A stretch of DNA of 64,000 nt. It comes from Diadema antillarum (lineage: Eukaryota). Of the stretch, positions 13,901 through 27,155 are shown one piece after another. Each line of letters opens with the position of its first letter. The first letter of the stretch is position 1. Location: NCBI RefSeq assembly GCF_040938485.1, contig NW_027271555.1, positions 248,001 to 312,000 of the forward strand. The letters run 5' to 3'. A program made the position numbers and the translations under genes. The notes beneath the pieces are model-generated. The model had not been told where the DNA came from. It did not search any database and worked only from the letters and a program-made list of their open reading frames with translations.

Positions 13901-15896
13901 ATACAATGCCTGCTATTCTTCAACCTCTAAGCTGGAGTCACGATCTCGCCAGTAATGACTTTTTGACCTTGATGAAGAAAAAAGGAAGAGGATTCAAACA
14001 CTGGAAACTGGTAAATGAAAACAAGAAGAGATAAAGATGAGCTGGCCATGGAAGGAAAGAGAACAGAAGAGAAAAAAAAAAGCAAAGTAAACAAGAGAGG
14101 GAAAGGTGCTTTTAAGGAGAAATCTTCAAGCAACAGTCGCACAGTTTTTCTGGTTGCTGTAAACTAAGCCTTTAGTGTAGAATGGAACTCCATTAACGGG
14201 ATTTCAGTTCAGATTGTATCACAAAGCATTTCAAGATAGGTGTTAGCACAGGTTACTAACCAATGCCATGTCATATATGACCGCTACATAACCGTCTAAA
14301 CTTTAATTGTTGTTTTTTTTATACTCGTGTTTTAGTAATAATATTGATAATATCTTATTGATTATTGTACAGACTGCAAAGCCAAAGGAGAAACATAAAA
14401 CGATATGGTATTTTTCGAGAACTAACCTTCTTCGTGTAAATTCGGAGCACCTCCATCTATTATATTTGATATTTTGTCATTGTCACCAAAACGAAAAGAG
14501 AGTAATCACAAAGTGTCACGGTGTTTTTCCCTAAGCTCTCTGAATCCTAACAATATAACTCTATATAATCGAGAAGTGAAGCAATTGCCTTCTTGTAATC
14601 ATACTTACTGTAATCACTACTGGATGTGACGTTGATTTGAAATAATACTGGGTCTCTTTTATACTCGTGAGTCTCAAGTACTTTTACTGAAAACTCGACA
14701 GAGCTAGTTTCAGTGCAATTTGTAGTCAACGCATAGTATTCTGCCAATTACCCATTCCACTCTCCTGGAACTGAAATCTGGTAATTGAACGGCCCTACTG
14801 TGGGTCGCTTCACTATCATCATTTTTGTGTGAAGTATGCCATGCACAGACAGGTATGTTTCATGACTAAGACAACAGTAATGATCTCATTGGGTAACCCG
14901 ATATTCCACCACGTGGATCTTTTTGGCAGAAAATTTGCACATTACACAAATTTGAAGTCATCGTGGGTGTTATCGTCACATTACACGCATAAAAAGTGAG
15001 TGGTCAAAGTTCGAAGGGGATAAACATAATCCTGTGCTGAATTCTTCCTTTAAACATTCTGACACGCTGAGAATGTTATTGGTTTTAAACAGTTTTTGGT
15101 CTTGCTATGGTGGAGAACTAAACAAATTACCTTAGTCGTGTCTTACTAGCCATCTGGTCCCCTCTCATCACGTTTGGTAAACAGACACATCGGTAGCAGA
15201 CGGTGGAGGGTAGATATTGGTAGAACGCCATTCTCCTATACCTAGGATTGAAATGAGGAGGAGGTGGGGGGGGGGGGGGTGGGCAAGCGAGACTCGTTGA
15301 GTGAGAGAGCGATGATCACGACGATGGGCACGAAGCCCACATTCCCTTCGGTCGGCCAGGGAGAAAGCCCTATCTCCCTTCGCCGACTATACAATCAGCT
15401 CATTTACATAGACACCGTCCCCCACACCTATTGTGATCCGGTAGGAAGCATAATGATAATGTGAATTTGCATCACTCTATTCTTCTTGGTGATTATGTTA
15501 ACAATAAGATATGGTAATGTCACTGCATAGGCTGTTTTCTATCACTCTGTAGATTGTCTCATAACTTCCAGAGATTAACAAAAAAGAGTATGATTATTTA
15601 CGATTGATGTCAGTCGCATATGACTTAGGAACTCAGCATTATTGACAAACGAGAGAGATGGGGTGTAGTTGGTGAACTATTGAATAAAACATGATTTTCG
15701 CAATGACCTTTTTTCAACAATTCACTTGAAGATTTGAAAAGAGATGCTATCATCATGTTATTTCATTCTACGTGTCGTTGCTACTAATATTACTATTTTA
15801 TAAAAACAAGTGAAACTTTTTAATGCCCTGTCCTCAATTTATCTCCAACTTAAATGAAGCATTTATGATTTCGGGGTATTTTTTGTAAGAGTTTTA

Positions 15897-16231
15897 GTTG
15901 AGATGAGGCTTACAGACTTTAACTTTTTGTAAGATAATGAGAAACTTTTAATGAAATATGAAAGAACATACGATTCTAAGAGGAATTCCACGTTTGTTTA
16001 ATGAAAATCGGTTTTGAAATGGCTGAAATATCCAAAAACAAAGTGGTCCAATTAAAATTTGGGCCCTAACATTTATTTGGACCACTTTGTTTGTGGATAA
16101 TTATATCGTCAATTTCAAAACCAATTTTCATCAAATAAACGATATGCTCTTTCATATTTCATAAATAGCTTCTTATTTTCTCACCGAAAGAAAAACAAAT
16201 AATAAACAAAAATCTGAAGCCCCATCTCAAC
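15897..16231. mobile_element. Foldback/palindromic non-autonomous element
   Basis: Nested inverted pairs: 15897-15911 with 16217-16231 (14/15), 15951-15965 with 16148-16162 (15/15), and 16030-16051 with 16077-16098 (21/22). True ends not resolved. Confidence 0.75.
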
Positions 16232-17548
16232 CACAACCATGCCATCCCTTTCATTTTATCCCTAATGTTCGTGTTTAGCGCACAATTTGGAGTTATTAGA
16301 CGCAAAGCCTCAGGAGACGCTGAAATTGGCGAAAATTTATGCATTCTCCGTAGCACACATAAAAACGACTTTATAAATCCATGGAGTAAGAAAAGCTAGT
16401 TCAAGGATACCTAATTATGACGGAATGTACCACTCATTGACACTGATCCCTTTCCACTATTTTCTTACATTCTTTGGCTTTATTCTCCCTTCTTTTATTA
16501 TTTATCAATTTATGAATTCTTTCATTTTCATTTGCTTGTCTGATTTTAACTGATAAATTTATTTGTTTATATATCCGAATATATATTCATTTATTTTTTT
16601 ATCTATAGTAATTTATTTATTCAATCATTCATTTTGATGCTTGAGTGCAAAAGATGAAGCAAAAGTTGGGTAAGAAAGTTTTGGTATATGTTTTTTTTAA
16701 AAGAAACAGCATGCTAGCAAAATATATCAAACTGAGCAGATATTACAAGAACTGTATTATATGATATCGCTGAATTGCAGAAGCACAGAGACAGGTTTGT
16801 GGGACTAAAGAAACTTTGTGACATATATAGAGGAATGGTATTGGTCGGGATTTTGGTCTAATCGCGTATTGCTGTTTTTATCGTTAATATATATCATGCC
16901 ACTAAAATCTTCTTATTTCGGTGCAGGGGGTGATGATATAGAGTGGTTTTTTTTTTGTTTATTACTTCCTCATGCATGACTTCTTTACCTTTAAATCATG
17001 TAGCGTGTATTTGGTACTCATATAAATATATTACATTGAAAATAAATGGAAACTTTGGCACTAACGAAAGCTTCGTACAGGCATTTCTTCTTATGCAACA
17101 TATACGATATCCATACAACAAAATTATGTAAAACCTGATTGATGTTGACAAGTCCAGGCTAACACGGTGTTCCTCGGAAAAGTTCTCACGCTTGAAAGCA
17201 CACGTAGAACCAAAAATCTTGAGAGTTCAATATGAGGACACGGTCCAGACCTAGGAAAACATGTGATGAGGGGATGTATACACTCGCAAAAAAAAAAAAA
17301 AAAGTTGGCAGACCTTTCTCGCAAATGGTTGTTTAGAAATGACAAAACCATCCCTCTCCCGAGGAATTGTTAATGGTTATCGAACAAGTACCCGCTTTTG
17401 TCAAAAGTTGTTATTCTAGTAATTCGTTTCATGCGCCTAAAAGTGGGAGTGAAATTGGCAACGATGATGGATTGATCAAATTTGAGATTCCTCCAAAGAA
17501 TCGGTGATGAATCTGAGACTTTGATACACATTTGATAGTTTATTCTGC

Positions 17549-17574
17549 CATGGAGCTAATACTCCAGCTCCATG
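17549..17574. mobile_element. 26-bp hairpin insertion of the same CATGGAGCT family
   Basis: CATGGAGCT-aatactcc-AGCTCCATG, flanked by ATTCTGC and ATTCTGT (6/7). Confidence 0.75.
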
Positions 17575-19789
17575 ATTCTGTCGGGGAGTTAGCTTTCGAA
17601 TCTGGATGGCAAACTTTTGAAAAAGTGTGTTCAGTCAACCATTGGCTAGTAAGGAGATGTCAGAAATATACTCGGCACCATAGCAACCATATCAATAATT
17701 ATATGAGAAGATGACGCAACTGAGGGAGTTTTTTTTTTTTTTTGATGGTTAGTTTATGTCTCTTTTTTTTTTTGCTTTGGTTTGATTGTTATTTGTTTTC
17801 TTCTCCTTTTCTTCCTTGTTATCACTCTTCTTTTCTTTCTTCTACTTTACTTATACTACTACTGCTTCTTCTTCTTCTTCTTCTTCCTCACTGAGTGGGC
17901 TTACTCACATCCAGGCTAGATCTCTAGGGATACGCATTAATTTTGGGAAACTGCTTCCGTTATGAAGGGAAAAGGTGTCAAGGGATTCAGATCGACCCGT
18001 GGAAGTCTTGTCGTTAATGGTTCTACAGTGCTTGACTGTGCTGCTCACTAGCCTACTCTATCTATACTGTCCAAAAGTCAAAATCCAGTCCATGGATCAT
18101 CTTCAGTTCGATAAACAACATGCATGAAAAAACAAATTTTATATAACAATAAAAGTTTCATCAAATCAGGCAAATGAAAGGATTTGTATCAAATTCAAAT
18201 GATTGCCTCCCCGTCCACTGTTGTATGATATCAGTAACAGCTTCACACTCAAATTAGATGAGGAGATGACGTCATGTAGTATCACAAGCATACAATTCGC
18301 TTGCACGTAAGTTTTTAATAGATTTTCTTTTTAGACGACTTCAAGAAGGAGAATATACATTGTATATTCTTTGCTTTAAATTGTTCCAGAGGATCTGTAC
18401 AATTTAACAATGATAACATTGTAAAATGGAGAGGTTATAGCTACTGACTTGATGACAAAAAAAAAATCAAGTTACGGTATCTCATGAACCAACCAAGTGA
18501 AGAAGAAGTTGCATTTCTTGTTTTTTGTTTGTATGTATGCGACGGATATCACAGTTTCGCCAAATTATGGTAGATTTCAAAATTCCGTATCTGTCTCAGT
18601 GTGTGAGATCTAAATCAAGTTTTAATCTGTTTGACTTCAGCTTTAATTCCTAGGGTCAACTTAAACATGGAGTTGCATTCCTCTTTTAAGGGTAAATTAT
18701 CAAAAAATAGAAGAGGTAAATGTTTGCAAACTTTATGCAACTAGACGTAACTGCAAATGGTCATTTAGAATGACGCTTGACGTAAGATCACCAAAAATGT
18801 TAGTAACTATTTCTTGCAAATCATGGAGTAAATATAATGATTGACTGCTGTTCAATTCAGCTAGCAAAGTCTCAAAATGCTCGTGTTTTTTTTTAATTGA
18901 GTAAAAGAGGGTTGTACATGATTATATAGTGGTGGTGAGTTGTCCGCACTACCTGTTCAATTTCACAGGACACCACACAAGTCCATTCATACACATGTCA
19001 TACGTGACGTCATGCATACACATGACGTACCTGTGCACTCAACGAGATAGGCAAACTAAGTATAACGTAGATCAGATGCGTGTATAGTCTTGAATACTTT
19101 GAGGAAAAATAGTATGCGGAGATGAATTCGTTATCATCCTTTAACGACGAACATTTGACGAACAGAATTAGCTTGATTTAAATTATTGTCTTTATTCTGT
19201 ACATGAAGCGGACATGAGTTTATATGAAAATTTCAATTTCCGTTCAAAGCAGTGGATTTGAACAGTCTCTTGAAATCTCTTTTAAATCACAAAAGCACAA
19301 ATTCAAATCAAATCCCATACACCACTAAAGTATTATGAAACTTATATCTATAACCCAGTAGAGTGCGTTTCAGGCACAGCAAAATGGTTATATCTTGACT
19401 TACAATGAGTATGCAGGTAAACGTGTCAACGGATTTTCAAAATTATCTGCATTATTCGAATGATTTTTTTCCATCCCTTTTAGTGAAACTTTTATCCCCA
19501 CCACGTGTTCTGTGATGGCTTCCTCAGACAATGAGGAAATACTGAGGAAACATACAAGAATATAATGTAGTCTCCCCGAACTATGATGTGGGTGTGTCGC
19601 TACAGTTATGATATAGCATCCCGTGACTCCACGAAGGTCGCCATATCAACAACGGGAGCGTGCAACATGAAAAATGTTATCACGGAGAATTCGCGGAAGA
19701 GTGAGAACAGCAGAAAAGTGAGAGGAAAGCGGTAAAAGTGCATCGCGGGTCATGATATTGCTAATATCATCTTGATGTCATGATCTTAC

Positions 19790-20017
19790 GAGAATTCCAG
19801 CTCATGATGTGTAATATGCGACGCATAGCTGATTCGCGTAGCAGATTTACATATGCAAAACAGGTTGGGGATGTTTGGTTCATCATGTAAAATGCAGGGA
19901 GCTTTGGCTTGTTTGGAGACGTGATGAATTCTATCGCCTCCTTGGACAACTGCTCCTCTTCTGGCGGCAGGTCTAAAAGACTCCCCCACGCCGGCAACTT
20001 CGGCGGGCTTCTAAAGC
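19790..20017 (-). other. Candidate exon of an unidentified minus-strand transcript
   Basis: Acceptor ctttctctgatattaccgcacag|G and donor C|GTAAGA. 228 nt, phase 1-1, open frame FRSPPKLPAWGSLLDLPPEEEQLSKEAIEFITSPNKPKLPAFY.... No family recognised. Confidence 0.25.
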
Positions 20018-21426
20018 CTGTGCGGTAATATCAGAGAAAGGTAGCGATTCCTTGGCTGTGCTAGCATCCCCCCCCCCCCCCTTCCCTACTCCCAATCTTA
20101 GGTTGTCATTACCTTTTCTCACCTTCACCTTGTCTTCTTCTTGTTTTCTGTGGCGCTCACTCTCTTCCCATTCCGCCTATTCCTTCTCCAACATACAACA
20201 TTATTTTCTTTGACTTGGATGGGGCCTACTGATTGTTTTTACTCGCCAATGCTTGTTCTTATATTGGTTCGCTTTACCACTGACTTACAGAACAATGCAC
20301 AAATGTGTGAACCCAATCACTTTTAATCAAGTTATACCCTGTATATATAGGATAGGTCCTCTCTGAAATATTTTCCCGGAAATGTAATGGAATATATACT
20401 ATAGAAAAGGAAATGTTTAAGCCACCATGTCTCTGCATGGCGTCATTAGTCAGACCTTTATACTGAACTATACAGAATTTATTTTAGGTAAGACAAATGA
20501 AAGAATTCAAGCAATTAAACGAACCTATGATGTAACTTGAAATCACGCTTTTTGACTCATCGTTCTTTAAAAGGTTTTTTAAAAAAGCAACGCTTTCAAT
20601 AAATAGGCTGTGGTGATCTGAGTGAAGAGTCCAATGTTTCCACACATTCCAAGCAAAGCCTACTGTGCTAGGATTAATCGCTCATTTCAATACAGTGAAT
20701 GGAAAGTCAAAACAATGGGGCGCGGCGCGTGTTCGCAAGCCGTATATTAAGCCATTGTTCTTGTTCCTCAATTCACCGGATGTATACACCTGCGCCGAAC
20801 TTTGTCTGCAACCAGTCGTTTGGCGGGTCTGAGGTCGAGATAAAAGTGGCGCCTTTCTTTGAGCTATAGAGTACCAAAGTGTTATGTCATAGCTATTCAT
20901 TGCTATGGAAACTGGTTCTAAACAACTTCACCTGGCCCGGATATCTGAACACTATTGTTGCCAACTCTACTGGCACCTGGTTCCGACCCAAGCTATAGCA
21001 AAAGACTGTGACATCATTACTTTGGTATTCTATGAAAGAGTGTTGATAGTTTTCTCGAACTTTCTGGTTTTTGCTTCCACATACTACAATCAGTAACAGA
21101 GTTGCAAACAAGATTTTAAAGTAACAACTTTGTTATAACAACATTCAACTGTCATGTCGTTTATAGAGAACTCACGAGCAGTTTCAAAACAACTTTTTAT
21201 CTGCTTTTAGGTTAACCCTTCGCGACGGAGACACAAAATTTGACAGCAATAGTGAAGATATTACAGTAATTTGTGCTTCGATATGTAGCAGAACCAACAC
21301 GCGTGTGCTACAAGCGAAAGTTAACGATATGTGTACTTCAGTCATAAACTGACGTAGTATGGTTATGAATCTCACTCTCTTAGGATATCAATGTTTCTTT
21401 CTTTCCGAAGAACGAAGTACCGGTAC

Positions 21427-21601
21427 CAGTGGCGGATCCAGAGGGGGGCGCAACCGGCGCACGCCCCCCCCCCTTTATTTTTCGTTAAAAACAAAAGAAA
21501 TAAAAAGAAAAAAGTGAAATGAAACCCGGAAGTGGCACCAGAAATATTAGTCACGCCCCCCCCCCCCCCCCCCCTTTACAGAATTCCTGGATCCGCCCCT
21601 G
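21427..21601. mobile_element. MITE-like element with 15-bp terminal inverted repeats
   Basis: CAGTGGCGGATCCAG ... CTGGATCCGCCCCTG (14/15 complementary), non-coding interior with poly-C runs, flanked by the direct repeat GGTAC (21422-21426 and 21602-21606). Confidence 0.8.
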
Positions 21602-24600
21602 GGTACTCTGAACACCACCAGTTTATAAGCCGGATAAAATTCACGTTTGCATTATGTACCTTTTCATTTCCATGACTTCAGTGATTCACCTGAATGTTGC
21701 CGAACAGAAAATCGTTGCTTAGCAACTACAGCATACAATAATTTGTTTTGACAACATTGCTCCTCCTATTCTTACACAGCAATGAAATCATGTGCACATG
21801 AATGACCTTTTTTTAAATGATACGGGGATACCTGTAAATTTTGGCAAAGGATAAACATAATTCTGTCGCAGAAACGTACGAACGAACAAACTGTTCAAAC
21901 GTTTTATATTTCAAGAGGCTCATCGACGGAAAAAGCCAAATAAATCATAGGAATTAGGGATTTATCTCCTGTAATACATGACTTGCTTTATCTGACTGAA
22001 TTTATGTCTTGTAATATGTCTTTTTAATGTTTTTTACATTAGATGATTACAGATATTTAGGGAAATTTGTACATAGAAATATTCCTGAAGGAGCCCCTTG
22101 GTAATCTAACTTTCATGGATACAGGATGTGAATAAAGTGGGAAGAAGTTTAAAATATACTTGAAAAAAATATTTTGCGCAAAGTGCAGGAAACTTGGATA
22201 AAAGTAGACATTGTGGCCGCAGTGGTTGCAAATTTATTTTCGTAACGAGTTAGGCGTGTATTTTTTTCGCAGCCACTTTCACGACGATCATCAAGTACGA
22301 CTGGCTTACCATACCAACCTGAGGGGAAAAACAAAACATAAAATATAACATATACAAAGACACTAATTACGCTTATTTATACATGAGCTTTTTATCGTTG
22401 TTGTCACTGCTGGTTTGTTTAACTGTGTATTCCTGGCCCAACACACATCTAATTCTTATAATCAAATTTACATCTGCAGGCAAGGAAATTTGCGGTTTAT
22501 AACAAGAAGGAAAGTTGTTCGTCTACGATATTTTGCATAATCTAACTTAGGTCTATTGTCTTCGAATTTTCACTGATCTTTTGGCTGCATAATTATGTTA
22601 TGTTATATTTTTACAAACATTGTTGATTCTGCCAGCAGGACACTTTGTTTTGTTTTCCATCCTTTGCATTATTTCCATATCTATCTTTTATGACCAATAG
22701 ATGGAGGTCATTGCGCACTTGTTTAGAAGAGCACTCGGACTGATTAAGGTCTCTCAGTAACTCGAGCGTCATAATTATTGCATATCATCTGAAACATCTA
22801 CTCGCCCAAATGGAATGGATCCCTTCATTTTACCAATGCTAACATTGGTTAAATCCATTTTAGTTCAGTTTTGTCCAGTTCAGTTCAATTGAGGTTTATT
22901 TCCATTCCATTCTTTCACAAAAACCCGTACAATACAAAGGTTTAAACAACTCTTGTCTGTATTTACACGCAATAATTTTCCTTTCAAATGAGATAATTCT
23001 AAAAGTACATGCAGAGCTTCAATGCTGTCATCTTAAAGTTGTTTTTGTTGGAAACAATTACGGTGCAGTTACTGCTTTTTGGAATTAATGTCACAATTAC
23101 ATTATGGTCAACCTACGTTTACTTCGTGAAAACGCGGAGTATGTTTTTGTGTGCTAGCCGTCGATGACACTTCATTTCGATATAAGCGAGGAATCTCGGT
23201 GTATTCCACTGAAGCCGGTAATGACGAAGTAGTCTCGAATTAGCACCTCGTGTGTTTTTCGCAACTTCTTTCACACGATACGAATCATAACACCTGTACG
23301 TCACCATCAGCAACAGCAATTCCACCGACGACTATGTAGACTACTACTGAGAAATGTCACAATAGGGGAAATTGCAGTGCAATGTAGCTCTATGCTGTAG
23401 TTAATCTCGGAAAAATAGTGGTGGTCGTTACGAAAGATGAACCCACTGAGAAAGAACACCATTCTGACATTTCCGATCCACGTATAAGTGTATAGGAACA
23501 CTCCAGCATCATTTCATATCTACCATGTAAGACTGGTTCTTTCATTTGTGTCTGTTTTTAGTGAGTGTATTGTTATTGTGAGTTGTTGAATGAAAATAAT
23601 TACAGCGATGACAATAATGGTTAGATTTCTCCTTTAAAATTATTTATACATTCAATATCAGAATACAACTGGAAAACAACACATCAATTTCTCTCTGAGA
23701 CCAAAGGGTTCTTGATAGACCATGATTTGGTATAAACAACACTTTCATCTTATCAATATAATCGTTCCGTGCAGTTGAAAGCAAAAGTCTATCAAGTAAT
23801 ATAACCATGATCGTCACCAACCATAATTATAACCACATTGTCACAAAAACTAATCTGAAATTTGCAGCAGATGATCATAAAGCAAAGACCTGACGGTAAT
23901 CAATCTCCGGTGAATCTGTTTCTGGAACAAATGCCTCCATAGCAGAACTACATTACAAGACGGGGATGTATTCATGGAATTAGAACAGTTATTAGAACAA
24001 TTTGTTCACCGTTCTCAGAACTACTAACCAGAGGCATGGTGAGCACTGGTGAGAGGGTTAGAGACAGTTAGCACGCGTGCAGTTTGGTAAACGGTTGTCT
24101 GTAGCTTTCAACAACTTGCTGGCGTGACGCGAAAGATGGTTTCATCATCACAAACCCCATTCCCATCTTCATTCTCGTCGACTTTCGGTGACTTTTCTTT
24201 CCTTCCAAAATAGTTGCAGCCCCCCCCCCCCTTATTTTTTCCGTTAAATGCTTTAGCAGATCAAATTATTATCGAGGAAAAAGAAGGGGGAAATGTTTGC
24301 TGATACATCGATTTAAGCGGCTGTGGAAAAGTACAAGCAACCTGACAAAGGGGGTGAAGTGCAACAACAATGAGAAGAGAGAAAGAGAGAGAGAGAGAGA
24401 GGGAGGGATGGAAGAATTAGAAAGATAGAAAGAAAGATGAAAAGAAAGAGCGCGTGTGTCTGGAAGCGGAAGGGGTGGAAGGGGGCAAGGTACTGGTTCT
24501 AAGGGGTGCAAACCAGAAGAGAGGTAGATAGCGATGGGGTAAGTCTAACGGACCGTGGGTCACAAGACACAATAATGTGAGGAGATTATGATTATACTAA

Positions 24601-26918
24601 AGTTATACAGAAGGATCGTGAAAAGTCACTCCATGTTTAGCCGGTTTTACACAATGGAGTAAAAATGAAACAATTGGGAGAGTGCACGTTTCATTGAAAT
24701 CACATATGCGATTGCAAAGAGGTATTGGCTATCGGTTCGCTTCAAAATGGAATGTTTATCATACAAATGAACCATAACTTCGTGAGGCCATTGCCTCATA
24801 AGTCTTCAGTTGTTCTGTTGTAACCACTTCTTACTTATTACTATCCTACACGTGCTTGATGTGAAGAATGCGCTTTATCATTTCAGTTTCATTTGAGTCA
24901 AAGACAGTTTCAGTACCTATAAGATTTATCTTTAGATCTCTAAGTGAAACGCGAGGACATAACCTCATCTCATCTCGTAGACATTAATTTTGTAGCTTGA
25001 ACCACTTTTTCATGGAAACATGTGAAACGTTAAAATTCCATCAATTTTCCTTATATCCCATATAATGTTACATTAGACAGTTATGTTTGTATGATTTCAC
25101 TCACTTTGTCAAGTTTAACATGATGGAATGAAGTTTCACTTCAGACTAAAAGTGCAAATAGATGGAATGGTCGATACATTCAGTGGTATCGGGATACAGG
25201 GATGTAGAGGCAAAATAGGGACTGAGAGGACCGGGAGGTATGCCGACAAAAAGGTGAGAATATGATTGCTTGGAGAGAAAAACTGGGTAACCAGCTGACA
25301 AGGGAACGTGGAAGATGGAGAGGTAGAGGGGAAGAAGAAAAGAACTGGGAGTGTCAGTGAGAGAGCAATGGTATAATGCACCACATCACCTGAATGTTAT
25401 TAAAGAATAATGGCAGTACAAAAAACAAGAACACCTATCAATTTTGAAATAAACCACGTGTTGTCTGTTTTGACGAAACAAAATTCTCAAGAATGGGACA
25501 ATCTCCCAGGTTATCTGTATGACCTTAGGAAAGAAATCAGTGGGTTGCGACAACTGACAACAGCATCTACTAGTTGATCATAGGAGTACGGACAAGTTTT
25601 GACCCTCCAAGTAAAGTACAACTCAATTCGTATATTTCCCTCTATATGTTAGAATAGAGGGCCACCGATCCTGGTTGAGAGTTCTTGCTATATACTTCTA
25701 TATCGCACACTTTAAGGTAAATTCAAGGAACTCACATCCCAGAACATCGCTGACATGAGCGTTCTCTGTGATGGAATGTTACTATGGAGATGGAGACGAT
25801 TTAAGCGGGAGACATTGTTCTTCGTTTCATCCTTCATCAAAACTGGCAACGTACACCTTGCTCCTCTTTGAAATATCATAAAGCGATGCCGATGTTGCGT
25901 AACATGTCGGAGGAATCGAAAGAGTAAAATATATGTAGAACGCTCATCATCACAACATACGGGGACAATAGTTAAACTATCAACGCCTTGACAATGGGCG
26001 TGACGTTAGTTAAATAGCCTTCGAGCGCCAGTTTCTTTGTTCTATATAAGAAGCGGACCGCCATCTCGCTCTGAAGAAGGAATCGTGCCTTTAGACTTTT
26101 TTCATCAAAGGGTTGATATTAATAGGGACCTTTTTACTGTGCACACGCGTGGACACACAATGCAGACACTTCGCATTGTCTGCCGGTGTCAATGGTTTAG
26201 TCTCATTTTAATAACAACTATACTGAAAAACAAAGATGCGTATAGGTGGTCTGATGGGCAGAGACATCAATAAGACATGGAGGTTATTGAGGAGGGAAGA
26301 TACTAGTAGTGGGATGTACAGTCAAGTCACTTTGAGTCTGTCTTAAAACATCTGAAACTAAAATGCGTTGGCACCTGGGGGTACTTCCGTCCGTATTTCG
26401 GAAAACTGTCAATGTATTTCATTGATGAAATTGTTCTTAGTCCTCTTCCGATTTCTTTTCCAGGATTCATTCACTTAATACAAGTCCAAACATCCTCAAG
26501 ATTGATGTTCAGATTTAGAGGGAAGTGGGATGACGTCACAAACGGTGAAGTTTATACGCTCGTTCCGTCGGAGGTGTAAGGATTCCTTGAAGAGTTATCG
26601 AATGACTCAAATACTGTCTTGGATGTAGGCTTTCACCACTTCCATATCCTGCTACTTTTCATGTTTGATGTTTGATTAAGTTAACAGTAATGCAACGAAA
26701 CAGGCAAAGAATACTACTCGTACTTATTCCCCACAACTGAAACTCCTTACTGATAAAAATGATCCGTCACGAATTGGCATGCCAATAACGAGCATCAATT
26801 TCATTATCGAAGTATTTTGTGTGCTATGTGTGATACAGGTAGCCAGAGACGCTGTGGTATTGACAGAGAAGTGGCAGTGGTTCTCTCTGCTCTGTTTCCC
26901 TTTAGGACTTTGCTATTA

Positions 26919-27155
26919 CAGGGCGCAACATTAGCGGGGGTCAGGTTGCCCAGGGCCACGAAAAAATTATGTCGGAACACCAAGAAAAGGTTATCTTTTG
27001 ATGGCCCGATCGGGCAACTTAGATTTTGAGTACATTGTTGTGTTTACTTGTGCTTCGGGCTACTACACTCATTTTTCGAGCCACCAAAACTTCATATTCA
27101 AAGATTTTAGTGGTCATAACGGGTCATCAAAGAAAATAAGTGATGTCAAGCCCTG
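26919..27155. mobile_element. Degenerate MITE-like element with CAGGGC...GCCCTG ends
   Basis: The left end CAGGGCGCAACA matches the reverse complement of the right end (CAGGGCTTGACA) at 9/12. Flanks GCTATTA and GCTATAA match at 6/7. Confidence 0.55.

Noticed and set aside
19925-19945. Plus-strand NSIASL resembling an OAR motif
   Set aside because: It is followed by DNCSSS rather than RLKAKEH, and lies upstream of the alx promoter.
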